NCBI RefSeq assembly: GCF_000015585.1
Contig: NC_008789.1
Coordinates: 1,350,001-1,382,000 of the forward strand
Length of the DNA: 32,000 nt
Direction of reading: 5' to 3'
Source of the DNA: Halorhodospira halophila SL1
GTDB taxonomy: Bacteria > Pseudomonadota > Gammaproteobacteria > Nitrococcales > Halorhodospiraceae
Position numbers and translations under genes: made by a program. Under the pieces are notes generated by a model. The model made no database searches, was not told where the DNA came from, and worked only from the letters and a program-made list of their open reading frames with translations. Every line of letters starts with the position of its first letter. The first letter of the stretch is position 1. Shown in pieces: positions 28,292-32,000 of the stretch.

Positions 28292-31200
28292 AGCGTCTGC
28301 TCCTGCGGCCCATCGGGCCCGTCGCGCAGCCACCCATCGAGCTCTTCGATCAGGGCCCGCGGCGGACGCGCGTGGAACACGCCCTGCCCCGGCGCCTGGA
28401 CGCCGCGCAGGAAGAGATAGAAGCCACCACCGACGTGGCGATCGTAGTCGTAATCCGGCATCCGTGCGCGCAGGAGCCGGTGCAGCGCCAGGGTGTAGAT
28501 CACCAGCTGCAGGTCGTAGCGGCGCTCCAGCACCTCGGCCTCCAGGTACTCCGGGGCATAATGGCCATCGCCACCTCCGAGCCAGTTGGACTTATAGTCG
28601 GCGACGTAGTAGCGGCCCTCATGGCAGCAGACCAGGTCGATGAACCCCTTGAGCATGCCGTTGAGCCGCGCCGGGGCGACCGGCGGGCGGGCACGCCCCG
28701 GCAACAGGTGCTGGCACACCAGGTCGTCAAGCCGATCCGCGCGCAGCGGCTGGGTCTCGATCAGGAACTCCAGCTCCGCCTGATAGGTCGGTAGCCGTCC
28801 CAGCGCGAGGGTCGTCTGCGCACCGGGCAACGACAGCTCGGCGCCGAGCAGCGCGCGCAGCCAGCCCTGCACGGTCGCCACCTGCCCGTCCCAACCGCGA
28901 AAGCGGCAGCGCCGCTCGACCTCGGCATCCAGCCACTCGGGCTGCGCGCCGGCAGTGGCCAGCCCCAACTGCGTCGCGGCCCACTCCAGGAGGTTGTGCA
29001 GAAAGGTGCCGGCATCCGGACCGCGCGGAAAGCCGTGCCACGAGCCAGCATCCCCCCCCGCTTCTTGGACAAGGGCGTGCCCCGACTCCTCGCGCAGGAC
29101 ATCCTCGGCGGCGCTCGCCGGCGCCGAGCGAGCACGACCGGCGGTATCGTGGCGAACCAAAGCACTGTAGCTGGCAATCCACCAGGCATCGGCGGCCCGT
29201 CGCCGGGGCTGGCACGGCTCACCGAGCGGCGGCGCCGCCGGATCACCGACGAAGCGACTGGCCTCATCGAGCAGCGGCTCGCTGACGGTGATGGCCGGAT
29301 CTGCAGCCGCGGCCTGCTCAAGCACCGCCCCGAGCCCACCGGGCTCCACCCCATCCGGTCCAGCGAGCAAATAGCCCGCTGCGCTGCGCTCGAGCAGGCT
29401 GCGCTTGGTATTGCCCTGGGTGATCGGCGCCATACCGACCCAGCAGGCGTGCTGCGCCCGCGTCAAGGCGACGTAGAACAGGCGCAGGTCCTCGGCCAGG
29501 CGCTCGGAGTCGGCCGCCTCGACGTCCTCCTGATCCAGCTCGAAACGCCAGCGCAACCGCCCGTGCTGATCCGGCACCCGTCGGGGGGCGTCCCGCGCGG
29601 TGACCGGGCGGAAGGTGCAGACGAAGGGCAGGAAGACCAACGGATACTGCAGCCCCTTGGACTTGTGGATGGTTACCACCTTGACCAGATCCTCATCGCT
29701 CTCCAGGCGCAGGATCTGATCCTCCACCCCGTTGCGGGCCTGCTGGCGCAGTTCCACCAGGTGGCGGATCAGCGCCTGCTCACCGTCGTGCTCGCGCGCC
29801 CACTGCTGCAACAGCTCGGCAAGGTGGAGCAGATTGGTCAGCGACCGCTCGCCGCCGCTGATGGCCAACAGCCGCTGCGGCACGCCGAAGTCGTGCAGCA
29901 GGCGGTGGAGCATCGCCAGCACCCCGCGGCTGCGCCACAACCGACGATACTCGCCAAACTGCTCGATGCGCCGCTCCCAGGCCAGCTCATCGGTCACCAG
30001 CCGGTCGAGCTCGCTCAGCGCCAGTCCCAGGGTGGGGGTGGCCAGGGCCGCCCGCACCAGCCCCTCATCCGTCGGCTCGGCACAGGCGCGCAGCCAGCGC
30101 ACCAGGTCGTCGGCCTCAGCGGTGGCCAGCACCGAATCCCGATCGGAGAGGTAGACGCTGCGCACCTCGCGGGCGGCCAACGCCTCCTGGATGGCGCTCG
30201 CCTCGGTGTGGTTGCGCACCAGCACGGCCATATCCCGCGGGCGCACCGGCTCCAGATGACCGCCCGGGTGGCGAAACCCGGTGACCGCCGGTCTCGCCGC
30301 ACCGCCGTTGAGCAACGCCACAATACGCGCTGCACACGCCTCGGCGTAGGTGGGGAGGTAGGCGTTTTTCGCCACCGACACGCCAGGGTCATGGCACCAA
30401 AGGTTCAGCGCCGGATGCTCCGCCCCCGCCTCCTCGAAGAACTCGCCACGCCCCTGGGCCTCCACCGGGTGGAAGGGCAACCCGCCCCCAGAGCCGCCCC
30501 GGAAGGCGAAGGCGCCCGCCGGCCAGCTCCCCTCGGCCCGCGCGAAGAGCTGGTTGACCGCGCCAACCAGCGCCTCGCTGGAGCGAAAGTTGCGCGGCAG
30601 CGTGTAGTGTCGCCCCTCGGTGGCCGCCCGGGCGCGCAGATAACTGTGGATATCCGCCCCGCGAAACCCGTAGATCGCCTGCTTGGGATCCCCGATCAGG
30701 AAAAGCCCCAGCCCCGGATCATTGTCCGCGATCCGGTAGACCGTCTCGAAGAGCTCGTACTGAACCGGATCGGTGTCCTGGAACTCGTCAATCAGCGCCA
30801 CCGGGAACTGGCTGCGGATGGTCTGCGCCAGACGCGCCCCCCCGGGGCCCCGCAGGGCATCACGCAGCCGGGTGAGCAGATCCTGGAAACCGAGCTGCGC
30901 CCGGCGGCGCTGCTCCGCCTGAAAACGCCTGGTGATCCAGCGAGCGGCGGCCCGCAGGATGGCCACCCCGGGCGCATCCAGCTCCACGTGACGATCCAGC
31001 GCCTTGAAGGCGCGATGGAGTGAGGCCGGCAGGCTCTGGCCCTTCTTATGTCGCGATGGGTCCGCCAGACCGGTGGCGCTCATGCGCTCGAGCAGGCCCG
31101 GGTCGGGCTTACCCTTGTCAGTCAGAGGCACCGGCTGGGCCGGATCGTCTGCCCAGGCCGCCATGCGCTCGAGCAACTGCTGCGGGTTCTTGTACTTCGT

Positions 31201-32000
31201 GCCGTTGAGTACGCGACGGTGCAGATCGAGAAACTCGGCCTCCACCGCCTCCCGCTCGTCGCGCCAAGGCGCCTTGAGCTGTTCCAGTGCCTGGTGCCAG
31301 GCGCCCAGGCGCTCGGCCAGGCCGGATGGCTCGAGCAGGGGGTCATCCGCATCGTCGGCGAGCTCCTCATCGGCGCCGATCAGACGCGCCAGCGCCCTTT
31401 GCAGGGCATCCGGATCCGCAGCCCCCACCGCTTGCCGGAAGAGCTGGAAGGCCTCCGGGTCGAGGGGATAGACGAAAGTCCGCCAGTAGTCGCGGACCGA
31501 TTCGGCGAGCAGCTCGCCGGGGTCAGTCTCCAGATCCTGGGTGAACAGACTGCCGCTGTCGAAGGCGTGCTCGCGCAGCATCCGATAGCACCAGGCGTGG
31601 ATGGTGGCCACGGCCGCCTCGTCCATCCACTCGGCGGCCAGCTCCAGCACCCGGGCTGCCTGGGCCCGTTCTGCGCGCTGCGGATACTCCCGCAGCAGCC
31701 CATCCAGGAACGGATCCAACTCCACGGCCTGATCCGGATCCCGAAACGCCGCGGCCGCCTCTGCCAGGCGGCTGCGTATGCGCTCACGCAGCTCGCGGGT
31801 GGCCGCCTCGGTGAAGGTCACCACGAGGATCTGCGGCGGGGTCAGCGATTGCCCGTACGCGGCCTCACGGCCGTGGTTGAGGACCAGACGCAGGTAGAGC
31901 GCGGCGATGGTGTAGGTCTTGCCCGTCCCGGCGCTGGCCTCGATCAGCCGCGATCCGTACAGCGGGAAGCGCAGCGGTTCGAGGGGCTTGGCGTCCTCAG
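28288..32000 (-). CDS. recB: Exodeoxyribonuclease V beta subunit RecB (5' end beyond the window)
   Basis: The frame stays open to the window edge, with in-frame Walker A 'EASAGTGKTYTIA' encoded at about 31905-31943. UvrD-like helicase motifs are present ('LIDEFQDTD', 'TIHKSKG'), as is the C-terminal PD-(D/E)xK nuclease motif 'GFIDLVCCHEGRYYVADYKSN'. The ORF-track 'MVTFTE' start is internal. Confidence 0.92.
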   Translation of the reverse strand, partial: EDAKPLEPLRFPLYGSRLIEASAGTGKTYTIAALYLRLVLNHGREAAYGQSLTPPQILVVTFTEAATRELRERIRSRLAEAAAAFRDPDQAVELDPFLDGLLREYPQRAERAQAARVLELAAEWMDEAAVATIHAWCYRMLREHAFDSGSLFTQDLETDPGELLAESVRDYWRTFVYPLDPEAFQLFRQAVGAADPDALQRALARLIGADEELADDADDPLLEPSGLAERLGAWHQALEQLKAPWRDEREAVEAEFLDLHRRVLNGTKYKNPQQLLERMAAWADDPAQPVPLTDKGKPDPGLLERMSATGLADPSRHKKGQSLPASLHRAFKALDRHVELDAPGVAILRAAARWITRRFQAEQRRRAQLGFQDLLTRLRDALRGPGGARLAQTIRSQFPVALIDEFQDTDPVQYELFETVYRIADNDPGLGLFLIGDPKQAIYGFRGADIHSYLRARAATEGRHYTLPRNFRSSEALVGAVNQLFARAEGSWPAGAFAFRGGSGGGLPFHPVEAQGRGEFFEEAGAEHPALNLWCHDPGVSVAKNAYLPTYAEACAARIVALLNGGAARPAVTGFRHPGGHLEPVRPRDMAVLVRNHTEASAIQEALAAREVRSVYLSDRDSVLATAEADDLVRWLRACAEPTDEGLVRAALATPTLGLALSELDRLVTDELAWERRIEQFGEYRRLWRSRGVLAMLHRLLHDFGVPQRLLAISGGERSLTNLLHLAELLQQWAREHDGEQALIRHLVELRQQARNGVEDQILRLESDEDLVKVVTIHKSKGLQYPLVFLPFVCTFRPVTARDAPRRVPDQHGRLRWRFELDQEDVEAADSERLAEDLRLFYVALTRAQHACWVGMAPITQGNTKRSLLERSAAGYLLAGPDGVEPGGLGAVLEQAAAADPAITVSEPLLDEASRFVGDPAAPPLGEPCQPRRRAADAWWIASYSALVRHDTAGRARSAPASAAEDVLREESGHALVQEAGGDAGSWHGFPRGPDAGTFLHNLLEWAATQLGLATAGAQPEWLDAEVERRCRFRGWDGQVATVQGWLRALLGAELSLPGAQTTLALGRLPTYQAELEFLIETQPLRADRLDDLVCQHLLPGRARPPVAPARLNGMLKGFIDLVCCHEGRYYVADYKSNWLGGGDGHYAPEYLEAEVLERRYDLQLVIYTLALHRLLRARMPDYDYDRHVGGGFYLFLRGVQAPGQGVFHARPPRALIEELDGWLRDGPDGPQEQTL

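Noticed and set aside
28996-31023. 675-aa ORF antisense to recB
   Set aside because: The reasoning is the same. It overlaps the RecB helicase domains, its composition is dominated by Arg, Gly, Ala, Leu, Pro and Gln, it has no family signature, and it has no SD or plausible promoter context.

Overview
This is a GC-rich window, dense with co-linear genes, that reads as conserved gammaproteobacterial core chromosome. The synteny resembles Pseudomonas, Xanthomonas and Chromatiales; that comparison is from memory.

I can assign 29 protein-coding genes, all to well-known families:
- Minus-strand envelope array: comEC-exbB-exbD-msbA-lpxK-kdsB-LMW-PTP.
- DUF2062 gene, then sfsA-lolC/E-lolD.
- aguA-aguB (agmatine to putrescine).
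- Small membrane protein, then mfd-csiV.
- Peptidoglycan-recycling and purine-salvage array: CYTH, a YkuD protein without a signal peptide, nagZ, hpt and MTA/MTI phosphorylase.
- gpmA and moaC, then the pterin dehydratase and an MOFRL glycerate kinase on the opposite strand.
- A TPP riboswitch followed by thiC.
- recD, and recB truncated at the window edge.

I see no transposase, integrase, phage gene, CRISPR array, toxin-antitoxin pair or recognisable defence gene. I cannot honestly point to a clear novel multi-gene system.

The parts least explained by standard annotation are:
1. A 282-nt AT-rich intergenic island between thiC and recD. It has a sigma70-like promoter, repeated CGTTCG motifs and a strong intrinsic terminator, so it is a candidate sRNA.
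2. A YkuD-fold protein with no signal peptide embedded in the nagZ recycling operon.
3. A ComEC whose C-terminal metallo-beta-lactamase-like domain has no HxHxDH motif.
4. A TonB-less ExbBD motor wedged into the LPS export and biosynthesis operon.
5. A single LolC/E-type permease, suggesting a LolDF-type transporter.

Many gene starts in the supplied ORF track are over-extended. I refined them using Shine-Dalgarno spacing, stop/start overlaps and family N-termini. The long antisense ORFs are GC-composition artefacts.
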